39,529 nucleotides of DNA from Bigelowiella natans CCMP2755 (GCA_000320545.1 ADNK01001185.1:1-39529); one strand, 5' to 3'. Counted from the first letter of the stretch, positions 12,831-25,200 are shown. Numbers and translations are program-made. Notes: generated from the letters alone by a model not told the origin.

Positions 12831-13239
12831 TTCGGATGGTGTGGTTTTCATTGGCAGTGGCAGTGGTGGCAAGGTTTCACGTCATCAAAATTGAAACGTC
12901 GTTGTCACTTGCAGGGAGCTTCAAAGCATGCACGCACTCGACCGAGACTTGCCCGACTTGACGATGCTTCGTGGAAGCCCATTGCGTTCAATGGGCAAAA
13001 CCTGCATGGCTTCTGTTGGATGACAGCCCGGGGATGCGGTTTTGGTTCCTTTCAAAAGCGAGAGGAGTGCACGTGCACCGTGGAGTCACCAAGCGAACCG
13101 TGAATCCAACCTTTGTGTGCATCAATCACGACGATTGGGACGAGTGGGACGCGCCGGTTTGCCTTCTCCGCCCACGCTCTTGCACCATCGTGGGAGGGAC
13201 TTGTTCGTTTCTCTCAATTGCGGAGTCAAAGACAACACG

Positions 13240-13840
13240 TGGTCAGCTGGCAACAAGGTGAGCTGTCAGGTTGAGGGGAGGGGAACCGTGGCTGTCAAAA
13301 CTGAGAACGGCGGGGTTCTGAAGGTCCAGAATGTGGCCCACGTTCCCGAGTTCCCAAACGTTCACCTGTCCCCCAGGCAACTTCGCAAGCAAGAACACAC
13401 CATCGAGGCTCTGCGCGGTGGGGATGGTTGGCAGGTGTCCAAAGGGGAAGGAGCAGTGTGCCGCACAGCAAGGGACGTGCCAGCGTGCGACCACGTCGCG
13501 GAACGAAGGTCGACCCAGACAAACCTGAAGGTGCGATTGCTTCAAACGAGGTGGCAGCAGCATCGAAGAGCTTCAGATCAGAATCGAGGACCATGGCATT
13601 TTGTCACAAGGCACCAAATCACGTTTCAGGAGCGGCGATGAAGAGGACGGCGAGTGCCACAGAAGGCACGAAGACCAAAGACGACGATGAGGAGCAGCAC
13701 TGCGAAAGCTGCGATGTTGCCAAGACGAGCAAGCGGGTTTTCTCCAAGACCCTTGCAAACGGGCGACGGCGAAGCTGAACCTGCACGTCTGGACTTGGAC
13801 AGGTGGGATGCAAACACCGAAGGCCCTGAAGTGTGCTCTG
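13240..13840 (+). mobile_element. Degenerate Ty1/Copia LTR-retrotransposon pol fragment (protease barrel, GAG-pre-integrase, start of integrase)
   Basis: VEGRGTVAVK..VLKVQNVAHVPEFPNVHLSPRQL matches Copia 'GxGtV..L.nVlyVP....lS..qL'. After a frameshift, HKAPNHVS...HCESCDVAKTSKRVF is the HHCC pre-integrase zinc motif, followed by a frameshifted ATAKLNL..LDL..GMQT remnant. No LTRs or RT seen. Confidence 0.78.
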
Positions 13841-15634
13841 AGACGCAACGTCCAACAACGCCTGGGTTGTTGAGGTGCGACACTGTGCGTGCAATGTGTT
13901 CACAATTGACAACAACGTGCTCAAGGCATTGAGAAAGAAAGCAGCTGCAGTGCCTCCTCAAACCCAGCCCGTTTGCTGAAACTCCAGAAACTTGTGAAGT
14001 GAACGACGTTCTTTGCCAAAGTGCACTGCCGCAAGGCCAGAAGGGGAGGGTTCACTCGTGCTCTCAGACAGGACCAGTGGGTGCTGGTGCAAGGGAAGCA
14101 CGTGGAAGGCGCAGTTGAGCTCAATGTTGCGTCCACTCTGCAACGATGTGATTCGCGTGCGGGATCGCACCCGTTCGATGAGAGTGCTTGAGTCAATTGC
14201 CAGCTAGCCAGGTTGGACAGCCCCCCCCTTCGGGAGGAACCTGTCACTTTGGCGACTTCACGTCCTGCACAGTTCACTTTGCACTCTGAAAATGTCAAGC
14301 ACAATCTCGAGTTCTTTGACTGATTTTTCAAACCGCAAACTGGGACCATCCCAGTTTTGCATCGATTTTTTGAAGGTTGCGTGCAAACAAGTGAAGTTGA
14401 ACCAACAGACTTCCACGAAAGACAAAGTGTTTGGTGATCCAGCTTTTGAGTCTGGAAGTGATGCTTTCTTGCATCGCTGGATCGAGTCAATTGATGACTT
14501 GGCTGCTGGTCAGCAATTGTTGCCTTTGCAACCCTTCCAGCCTCGTGACTGCTCAGCTTCCGCCACTCAGTCGTGACACCGTTGGTGGTTTCGCAGTTGG
14601 ACGATGAGGTTCTTTTCAACGGAACCCAACAATGCACAGCAGCTGTGCAAGATGAGCGCGCGACTGCGAAGTGCTGACACACGTTCTTGGCCCAACAACT
14701 TGAAACTGAGCAAACTCCAAGACGTGGCACTCCAAGTGGAAACAACAGGAAGTGAAACTTTCCTTTGCACGCCATGCCACGTTTCACTGAAAGTGTCAAT
14801 GGCCACAGGAAAAAATGAATGAGCACCACCCTCGTGAGAAACGTGCACAAAGCATTTTTGTTGTCATTGCTGAACGGCCCTGTTGTCATCCACCAATTCT
14901 CATCCACCTCTTCTTGTTCGAAACTCTGGTGAACACAACCTCACGTCTGCCACAAATGCCAAAATCATCCGTCCTAGTCAATGATTTTCTTTCATTTGTC
15001 ACAATCCAAAAGAGTCAGAATGACATTCTTGCTGAACAACGTCAATGAGCGTGAAGGACCACGAGCTCTGTGGAACTCTGATGCTGGTGTGGGTGTCAAC
15101 AATGAGTTTGAGGGATCGAGAACACGTGAAAAGAGCCCATGTGAGACTCTGTGATGGCCCATGAAGAAAATGGAAACACCATCGCCCTGCAAACGCTCTC
15201 CCACTATTCGAGAAGGAGGAGGAGGAGGAGGAGGAGGAGAAGAAGAAAAATTGTTTTGTGGAAGGGGTTTTGAGACTAGCCCCAAAAGTTCCAATCAAGC
15301 GCATACAACGCGCACTTTCTGTTCAAACCCAGTGTTCATTTCCCCTGCGACAACATCCATTGCAATCATCGTAGGAATCGCCTGCATTTCATCACGAAGG
15401 CACCAATAATAATAAAGTTCCAGCAGTTATTTTTGCGGACTACGGCTTCGGATTTGAATTTTTTTTTGAATTCCTCAGAACGACTGCAGTTCCGTTTTTA
15501 GTCGTGCGACAATGATGCAACGCGTGTCGCAACCTCCCAATTGCGTCACTTAGACCTTCGATACACAGACGTTCTCTCGGTTCCCCCCTCAGCTGATAGG
15601 GAAAAGAAGAGAAAGAAAGATAGATCATACCAGC

Positions 15635-16101
15635 ATGCTTCCGCCGCCTATCGGGCGAGGACGTGGGTTGCTGTCATTATGCATTTTGCTGATGGCAGGT
15701 GGTGTACCGGCAGCAAACAGTGGATCATCAGTCACAATGCCCATGCATAGGGTACAATCTACCTCTGCCTCCTCCATCGCTGGGAGCCCCAACGCGCACC
15801 TCAGCGAGGAAATGCTGCGGCAGGCAGGATGGGAGAAGGTTGAAATTGGGAAGCTGAAGGGTGGTGTGATCAAAAAGACGGATGCAGCAGTTCGATTCGC
15901 CGAGACAAAGAAATCAGTCGGTGGCCAGGCACGTGCCCCTGGGCTCGTCTCTCCGACCGTCGGTACTCGCTACCAAAGCTATTGTCTTTTCAATAAGATT
16001 CTAGCTAGTACTTTATGCATTTCCAAGAATAATGAATCAATGCCGACTCGCACCCTTCCTTTTCCTGTACTCCGTTTTCTCTGCGTCTCCTCCTCCTCTC
16101 C

Positions 16102-16139
<38 letters not shown>

Positions 16140-17443
16140 GTGTCTCCCTTTGGCCTTCTGATCACCGGTATATGTTCTTAGGACTTAGTTACAAGACAAA
16201 AGCAAAGGTGAAGCAGCGAACCTCCAACTTGAGGTAAGACCCCCGCCGGCATCAACCGGACATTGTTTGATTACCAAATTAAACGCGTCTTTTTCTCATC
16301 CTCGTCACAACGCTCCATCATATCCTGACCCCCAGCTTCCCCCTCCACACGGCCTCTACTCTCTGCAACAGAGAGGGCCATCAACCTAATCAGGAAATCG
16401 TTGAGAATGTATCGCAGTCAAGCTCGAAATGGCATGTCCCCAGCATTGCTGGTGGCTCCTCCTCTGCGGCTTCGCATTCGTCGTCTGTGAATGAGATCCT
16501 GCCCCCCTCCACATCCATGGGTTACAGGCGGACGTCAAGGGTTACTTCCACCGTCACGGAGGACAATGCGGTATAAAAAGAAAAGTGATGATGACGCAGT
16601 GATTAGCAGGATTTACTGTTGTTGTAAAGCCAGGATGCAGGGATAGTTAAATCAATGCAACACAGCTTGGAATTTATAATGAAAGAAGAGAGATTTATCA
16701 TAGATTGAAGTGTAAGTGTTAGAGTATGACCCTGCTCGATATTCTCTCTCTATCTCTCTTTCTCTCACTCTCTCTTTCTCTCGCTCTCTCCCTCGGCTGT
16801 CTCTCTCCAACCTCCTAAATTTAAGATTTCCAGCCCCCATCATCGACGCAAAGCACATATATTATGTTCCGCATTGTCTCGGCATCCCCACCCCCTAACT
16901 TTTCACTAACAAGCTCCCTTTTTTGGCTGGAATCAGCATGGTCAGACTAGGCATGTTGTCCCAGCCATATCGATGCAAGAGGGGCTTCCCACGACGGTGA
17001 GTACCCATATCGTCTTTCTCTTGAAAGCGTCCTTACACCTGCCTTTTCATAGACAATCCACCCTGTTCTCCATGGCGGCGAGTTGGCAGAAGAAGGGGTC
17101 AAGGTGAATGGCTACACCCAAGTGAAGTCCCCGCATCTCCGTTCTTCTTTGTCGAACGATGCTAGTCACAGTCACCACCGCGCTCGCGTCCAATACAATG
17201 CTGCTGCGGCAACAAGCACCTCGACGAAGAGAACACCGGGTCTTAGTGATTCTTCTGGGAGAGGCTTTACCACCGCTGCTACTACTGCTGCTGCTTCGCT
17301 GGCAACTGCTACTCCTACAACACCAGATACTTCTTCTACCGTTCACTACACCTCCACTCCTTCCATCGTCCAGGAAGCAGGTATTGTTGTGAGCGCCATC
17401 TGCAGCACTATTCAACGCGTGGTCCGGTGCTCTGCTCATCATC

Positions 17444-17486
<43 letters not shown>

Positions 17487-18296
17487 TCTCTCTCTTTCTA
17501 TCTCTATGCTGCTGTCTTGTGCAGCAGCCGGTTCAATGCAGGCACCATCCTCGGTGTCGTACAATGGTCGAAGCTCAGAATTGCTACCCAGTCACGCGGG
17601 AGCGCCGGTTGGCCAGATGGGTGCTGATTCTCGGCGCCAAATTTCCATATCTATACCTGCTGGACCTGCCCAGGTAAAAGAGGACGGAAGGGAGGGGGAG
17701 AGGATACGAGAGAGTAGGGGGCGGTCAGGGGAGATGTTTGGTTGGAAGCCAGTGAATTCGCGCTTGCGTGTCTGTGTGTGTGGGTGTGTGTATGTGTCAG
17801 TGTACGTGTTACTCTGTGTTTTGCGTTTGTGCAGAGAAAGGCATAGCAGCGTGTGCATCGGCCACTAGCCAATGTATATACTCATTTCTAAACCCTAACC
17901 CCCCCTCCATGCTCTCCGAAGGTCGTTGACATTGAACATATTGCACTGGGGGGCATGCCGGCGGGGCAACAGCATAAATCTGGCATGCTCGATTCCTCTC
18001 TCCACCTCCATAACCAACACTCCTCTGAAGGCTCCAGGAGCAGCCTCACCCCCTCTTCTCTCCGATACTGGAGGAACGAAGAGCCAGCTCTAGCGAGAAT
18101 GGGGATGATGGGGGGGGGTGGAGGAGGAGGCTACTACCATGGTGAGAAGGGAGGCTGGGGAGATGTCACGAGATGGAACGACTTTCATCATCAAGCGCAC
18201 CGTCAATTGGAAAGTATGCGCTCAAAAAGGATCCCTATTCAGGTGATTATAAAGGAGAATTGCTGGGGGGGAGAAGGAGAGGGGGGTTATGGGAGG

Positions 18297-18334
<38 letters not shown>

Positions 18335-18854
18335 CGATATCACCCTAGAATCATAATAAATATGCCTTTGTTTTACTTTAAGATGGCCGAATTGCAAGGA
18401 TTGAAAGCAAAGATTCAAAGCAAGGTTTGGTTGTTATGAAAGCTGCTATGTGTGTATTGTAAAGTGCAATAAGTGCTCGATCGGGCGTGAAGGTTCCATG
18501 TTGGCAGCTCCATGGGACTCTCAATAATAACTCCTACTTGATTTCAGCCACTTCAGTTGTTGATTGATTTATTATATTTTGACAATTTTCTTTCTGGCTC
18601 GCTCTCTCTCCCTCTTTCGGAGAGAGTCAGAGTTCTTATGTGAAACGTGATGTTAAGCCCCCCCCCCCTTCCCCTTTCGATCACTAACTACAGATCGAGG
18701 CTACGAAGCAAGAGTTGGACCATCTTCGGTATGTGTATACTCTGCCCAACCGCACAGCAGCAGCGGCATTATGCGTGCCTAATTACCATCTACAACGAAT
18801 GCAAAGCTGTGTGTGCGTGTGTGTGCGTGTGTGTGTGCGTGTGTGCGCGTATGT

Positions 18855-18897
<43 letters not shown>

Positions 18898-19035
18898 CGA
18901 GTGTAGCAAATGGGTTTGAACGGCACGTTTCCAAGCGGGGAGATGAATGTAGTTTATGATGCGCGGTATTTACGATATTTTGCCTAGATGGTAGCGCAGC
19001 AGCTGAGTGATGATGCCGCGAAATCTCTCTGGATT

Positions 19036-19075
<40 letters not shown>

Positions 19076-19277
19076 ATGTTTGGGTATTATTTTTGATTCA
19101 CTTCTCTGGAACGAATTTGTAAAGTGCGTTGGTATTGGTATGCTCTCTGCTCGTATTCACCTTCCTAGGGCAATTGAGAGGGGTCAAAAAACCGCAAGGA
19201 TCGGTCTGCCCCAACCTTTTCATATATGCTCGTATACGTGATTTTTGCACTAATTGCTGTACTGACGCACACTAATA

Positions 19278-19315
<38 letters not shown>

Positions 19316-19372
19316 TAACCCATATTCTTATTTTAAGTGTTATAATAATAAAGTCTTGTGTGTTAGTACAAG

Positions 19373-19412
<40 letters not shown>

Positions 19413-19545
19413 TGCGAGGGTGAATACGAATTAACGATGAATTCCTTCGTCAATTCCTCAAGGGATGCATGCTACCCCTACCCATGAGAGACCAGAAGCT
19501 CATCAGCAGCACCGTCGATATGTTCAAAGGACGGTGAGGAGACGT

Positions 19546-19584
<39 letters not shown>

Positions 19585-19873
19585 TGTGTGCTTCTCTCCC
19601 TTCTTATAGTTACTTCATACGCATTTGTGCCAATTCCGTGTAGATGTTTCTGATTGAGTTAAGTTGTATCAATACGCGCAAACACACGCACACCACACAC
19701 ACACACTCACACACAGTAGGTTTATATAAATATGTATATTAAATATATATATATATATATATATATATTGAATAAATATGCAGATTCTTCACCTTTTCCT
19801 TCTATTTTTTAGTGTATATTTAACCGAAGTATATAGCAATATAAGCGTGCATTATTTATGTATATGTGTATAT

Positions 19874-19911
<38 letters not shown>

Positions 19912-20947
19912 TTGGTTATACCTAACTCATGGCCGATATGCCTATAGCTCGAAAAGATCGTCGAGGCCAAAGTAAAGGAGGCGTTGCAAGGTAACAGCGC
20001 TAGCAGCAATGAAAAGAGATTCACCGTCAATATCGTCATCGTCACGACCGCCATAAGTATTATTATCTTCGAATGTAAACAATAGGGAAAAGAAAAATTG
20101 GAAAATGATTTTTAAATTATGATGAGGAAGAGGAGGAGGGGAAAGGGGGGGAGAGGTTTAGGCGGGCCAACCGCAAATGTTGTTTTGCGATGTAAACAAA
20201 AGCAATTACTGATGGGTATGAATCATATCTCACTTTCATCACATTCCCTCTGCTCCGCCCTTCTCTTCTAACAACAAATGCAAGAAGAAGAAGAAGAAAA
20301 AGAAGAAAAAGAAGAAAGAACAGGGGTAGAAGAGAAACGCAAGGAGGCGACAGAGAATGAGACAAAGGCTAATAGGGAAGAGGGCCGATTGCCTTCGTCG
20401 CCCTCTCCAGTGCCTTCCAACAGTAGCAGTAACGAGCAGCAGCATCATCGCTATAACGAGGCCTTGGCCAAGAGGACTTCGAGCGTCGAGAAGGTAGCAC
20501 ATATAACCAAAAATCGTAAAAGATTTCATGAAACCCTTATAACGTTGCCCCTTCTCTCTCACAACCGCGGCAACGCTACTAGTACGTACGCATCATCCAT
20601 CTATGTGCGTGTGTGGTGTGGCGGCTTTTGCTGCAAGTGAAATTGCCGTTTCAAAGTTGAAGACAAAACAAAAAGACCGTACTAGTGCAGGCGAAGTGTC
20701 GATTCTCCGCCCTGCTCGCGATGTCGCGGAGACCACCCCATCGGCGCTTTTGAAAGCGATTCTGCTACATAGGAAAACATATATCTTCTTACGTCTGTGT
20801 ATGTGTTTCGTCTGTGTGTCTGCGCTCATTCTTAATACAAAAAAGGAATTGGAGGCAGTACGAGACTTCGTGAAAGGCCAGCTTGCTTTCAACAAAAATC
20901 TCATGGCAACGCTTGAGGATCTTAGAAAGCGTGTCAAAGAGGAGTAG
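15635..20947 (+). CDS. Hypothetical multi-exon protein: signal peptide, Ser/Thr-rich middle, C-terminal coiled coils
   Basis: ATG 15635 is followed by hydrophobic LLSLCILLMAGG. A series of AG/GT-bounded exons follows (e.g. MAELQGLKAKIQSK, IEATKQELDHLR, LEKIVEAKVKEALQ, ..LAKRTSSVEK|ELEAVRDFVKGQLAFNKNLMATLEDLRKRVKEE*), separated by microsatellite-filled introns. No family recognised; could be more than one gene. Confidence 0.55.
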
Positions 20948-21466
20948 TTGCTGCCTGTAGCAGAATTGCGAGACGTGTGTAGTAGACGGTTGTAAGTTCG
21001 GTTCTACTGATGTTGGTCGTGGCGCAGATTTAGATGGCTTGTTTTTCAAATTGATGTATCTTGCCTACATCGCATCTACGACGTAGCTTTGTAGTGCATA
21101 TTTTGGCTTTTGCGAACATACTAGTAATTAAATTTCTAATCTTCCATTCGTTCGACTTGATTCAAAAGTAACATACTACGACAATGCCAGTCTGGCCAAC
21201 AGCATGCTACTCCTAGCAGCATAGAGCATGCAGGCAAATGTGCATCGTGCTCATTGTGACGCTTGGCAGCACTGTGAGTGTGAAAATGATCATCACAGCG
21301 TGATTCTTGATGAACTGTGCCACAATGGTGCCATGCATGCTAGCATGTGCGTGCACCGATGGCTGACATTTAGCAATGTCCTAAATTCAGCTTCATTACA
21401 AGTCATTCCATCATCGCATCGACATCACTGTGATGCATTGGTGCAACACCTGCTGCATGCAACGCA

Positions 21467-21590
21467 CGCGTGGACACACAGCTGCAAAATCACGCACAGT
21501 TGCCTGGACAATGCACACACACACAGTTCGCGTGGACACACAGCTGCAAAATCACGCACAGTTGCCTGGACAATGCACACACACACAGTT
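21467..21590 (+). repeat. Perfect 62-bp tandem duplication
   Basis: 21467-21528 is identical to 21529-21590 (cgcgtggacacacagctgcaaaatcacgcacagttgcctggacaatgcacacacacacagtt). Confidence 0.95.
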
Positions 21591-21630
21591 TTGTCGATCA
21601 ACAGTTCGTGACTGCATGCGCTATGATGAG

Positions 21631-21756
21631 CAATGAACAATGAACAAAGCATTGATGCAAATCTGCATGCGCCAGGGCCACATGGGAGACAATGAACAAT
21701 GAACAATGAACAAAGCGTTGATCAAATCTACATGCGCCAGAACCACATGGGAGACA
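21631..21756 (+). repeat. Imperfect ~60-bp tandem duplication with internal CAATGAA heptamers
   Basis: 21631-21691 versus 21697-21756 differ by a few A/G transitions and one indel. Confidence 0.9.
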
Positions 21757-22289
21757 GGCGTTTGCATGCAGCAGAGCCTCAACAACACTCGTTGCAAGGA
21801 CTTGTCGGCACCCTGTTGGTGATGAGACACAAAAACCAGCTAACAACCCATCAGAGGCAGTGGCAACATCTCCGAGGAAGATTTGGACAACGCTAGAATG
21901 ACAACTCTGAGTACTTTTCCTTTTTTTTCCGTGCTTTTTTTTTTTTTTGTTGACTCGTTTACCGGCGAATTCGCCACAAATGCAGAATTTGCGGGGAATC
22001 CCGGTTTTCATGACCTGCTATCATCTTGCATTGCATTTCGATCTAGATCTAGGAGTACCCCTTCGGTCGATTCAGAAATCCCCTACATGTGGCCAAAAGA
22101 AGCATACGACAAGCAAAAACCAGGTTTTTCTTTTCTTATGCATGGCACTGGTACTGGCGTCTGAAACGGAAATGCTTGTTCTTAGTCTGTCCTGATATTA
22201 TCTATCTGCATTCTTTCTCAGCCGCAGCCGATCACACACGCACCTCTAAGTTAGGCTCTTGTAGTTAGCCTATTTCAAGAGGAGCTAGC

Positions 22290-25200
22290 ATGAGCGGACA
22301 ATCTTGGTTGAAGGACTTGAAGGTCCGCGAATGCGCCAAAACAACCACATCACTGCAAGCATGGCCTCACCTTGGCGTGTTGTCGACAACTTTCGATTAG
22401 GTTGGGGATCATGCCGATGTCAGAGATACTGTTCAGAAGTGGCTGGTCGCAGAGGTGCGCAGTGAGTTGTGTTGTGAAAGCGGTTTTCGTTCCTTATACG
22501 TGTGACTCAGCCCTACAAAAAATACTATGTAGGTTAAAGACAAAAAGGAACAGTCTGGGCAGAGCATGCTGAAAGTCCACTACATTGGGTATGATTGTTT
22601 TTCAGTGTGCAGGTGTGATTTCCCCATGTTGGACCTTCATGCACATTAGGTATGATGATAAATGGGATGAATGGATAAACATCGAGGAAAATTCAGATAG
22701 ATTTGCCAAGTTAGGATCCAAGGTGAGCAAAATTGAAAAAATCGCACAAATGCGTCTGCTAAGCAGCCATTGATCCGATACGATGTGGGGAGTTTTTATC
22801 GTCGGATGCTGTACTCAAAAAGCAAATGGAATAGAATATAGTTATAGATTTTGTTCCATTATTGTGACACGCCGTCTTAAGTATATTCACGCAGTGGTTT
22901 TACAGGCATCTATTCCAGATTCCCTCAGGGATTCCCACGGGAAAACCTGCAGAAATGGACACCAATTAAAGCAATTCGACGCCCCCCATGCAAGCTATGT
23001 TTGTGATGTATGTAAGAAAAGTGCTAAACTGCACGAGACATTATTTGGATGCCGAAAATGTGACTATGACGAGTGTAACGATTGCTACCAAAAATCCCCC
23101 CAAAAAGATAATGCAGAAGGCCATGAAAATATAGGACCAGGCGATATAGTAGAGTTCCAATGTGGTGATGGAGATGTAAGTCGTGCGGTCCAGCGAGGGG
23201 CACCAGGAACCTTTTTGTCATTTAGTAAAGGAGTCAAAGTTACAATTAACTCCATATCCGGCGACTATTTCACTGAAACTCGTTTTACAAGCCTTTGGGC
23301 CCCAAAAGAAGTAGTAAAACTTGTAAAGAAGGCAACTGCAGGTGCCGCTTCAGATAACGGATCGAAACCTTCGTCTACAATCATAATCGTAGATGGAGCG
23401 GAAGACATTCGCAAGGTCAACGGTAAATACGTATGCGCTGGGACAAGAAATGGCAAAGCGTGTTTCGCAAAATCAGGAGATACTGGTTGCATTTACTTCG
23501 ACGGCAAGTTCTGGAAAATTTGCCAAAGCGGGAATCCTCAAGATGAAGTTGGGTGGAATTATTCCCAGCTTCCCGGAAAAAGTAGTAATCTTCCACCAGA
23601 TGGGAAGTGGGTCGGAGGGAGAAAATATGCCGGGGAAACCTCTAGGAGTGACTATGGCAAATTAAATCTTACGACTGTTGTCGGAAAAGATGACAAACCA
23701 CAATCAAGAAAGAAACGATCAAAACGTAGAGATCGGGACCAAGCTCACAACGGTGAGTGGCGCGACCAATCTAAATTAAGTAACTTTTGCAAGCTTGATT
23801 CGGATTGTGATGGGAAAAAATTATGTAAGCACGGTGGTATAATACACGATTCCCACTGGAGTTGCTGTGGGTCGACGGAAAAGGACTCGAAATGCACGAA
23901 GAAGGACACAACAACAAGCTCGGATTCTGAGGAGGAAACAAAATCAAGCTCGGATTCTGAGGATGATGGTATGGAAGTAGATGATGAGCTCGTTGGAAAG
24001 ACTGTGTGGTGCAACTTCAAAGGAAGGGGAGCTTTCTTTAGAGCTAAAGTTACCAAAAAGCAAAAGGACGGTAGCTACGTTGTTGATTACAAAGATGATA
24101 GTGATACTGAAAAAGGCGTAAAAAAAGATATGATTGAAACCTCATTCCCACGCATCGACTTCAAGCAACTATCCAGCATCAACGCCAAAGATTCGCTCGT
24201 TGGGCAGAAGCACCTCTTCTGCAACTGGAAAGGCAAAGGGGATTTCTATCCATGCAGTGTGAAAAAGAAATCAGATGATGGGACTTATGACGTAGAATAT
24301 GGTGATGGTGACACTGAGGATAGCGTGCCCAAAAGTCGATTTTTTTTCGGGAACCCTCGATGTGCTAAAAAGTCCGGATCTCATTTTACCTTACCTTCTG
24401 AAATCACAGAGCTGAGCTCATTGCCAAATAATCTGAGGCATCACTCATCAGACATTGCAGAAATACCAGAGGGAGTCAAATCTATGGTCGAGGAGATGTT
24501 TCAATACATTGATAGGAACAGCTGCGGTCGTCTCAATAAAGAAGATCTTATTAACTACTACAAGACAGTGAAAAAGGCAAGCCCAGCAAACGCTTCTAAT
24601 TTGGCACAAAAGTTCCTACTGGATGCCACCGGTTATCAAAGGCAAGAAGTTAAGATCAACGAGTGTTCTGAAATGAAGGAACTCACTGGTGTGTATGAAC
24701 GTAAGATTAGTAGCAAATATTTGCGTCCGTGGTATCAGCAGAAGGGCGGCGAGGCTACCATTCATTATGACGATCTTTCTAGTGATTGGAAGATATCCGA
24801 AAATAAAGCGAAGCTAGGTTGGGTTTTCAAAACAAACCAAGAGCATCTTTCCCTAACTTCTGATGAATGGGTTCCATCTGGGAAGGTGAGCTCTCTCCCG
24901 AAATTCTCTTCAGAAAATGTAGAGGTTAAGGACGCTCCTCGAATCTCGAAAGACGTTTGGACTGCTATTACTCTTGGAAACATAGCGTCCTCACTTGCGG
25001 GAAAATCGAAATCTGAAGCAGAATTGGAGCTAAAGAAATGTAGCAAAGTTCTGAGTAAAGACTGCTTGTTACTGAAGAAATTACTTCCCGGTCCTGGAGA
25101 CATTCCCAGTCAGGTTTCTTGGCTAAAAAAAATTGCGAAATGTGGTGTTTTCTGGCTTGTATGCCCACAAGATGACGACAGATCATGGCAGATTTGCGAT

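Larger units (their letters stand above)
11809..15204. other. 3.4-kb TpA desert containing decayed gene and retroelement fragments
   Basis: A line-by-line scan found 3 TpA (11990, 14205, 14975), each within CTAG. Roughly 200 would be expected from base composition. Confidence 0.9.

Noticed and set aside
12097-15048. Many long overlapping ORFs in all six frames (up to 328 aa)
   Set aside because: Loss of TpA removes TAA/TAG stops, so ORFs lengthen artefactually. They lack Tyr and, apart from the ankyrin and Copia remnants, show no motifs.
11809-15204. Explanation by CpG-methylation decay or classical RIP
   Set aside because: CpG is abundant and TpA is missing; both mechanisms predict the opposite for at least one of these.
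17888-17902. Telomere-like ctaaaccctaaccc
   Set aside because: Under two units, and positioned like an intron branch-point region.
21467-21756. CRISPR-like array
   Set aside because: Adjacent two-copy duplications without unique spacers, no cas genes, eukaryotic context.
21964-21975. 12-bp palindrome ggcgaattcgcc upstream of the AAA gene
   Set aside because: A single short palindrome is expected by chance in 39 kb.
22783-22905. ORF-track N-terminus MWGVFIVGCC... of the 2083-aa ORF
   Set aside because: Lies in the intron GT22723..AG22905; the upstream micro-exons give a coherent domain instead.
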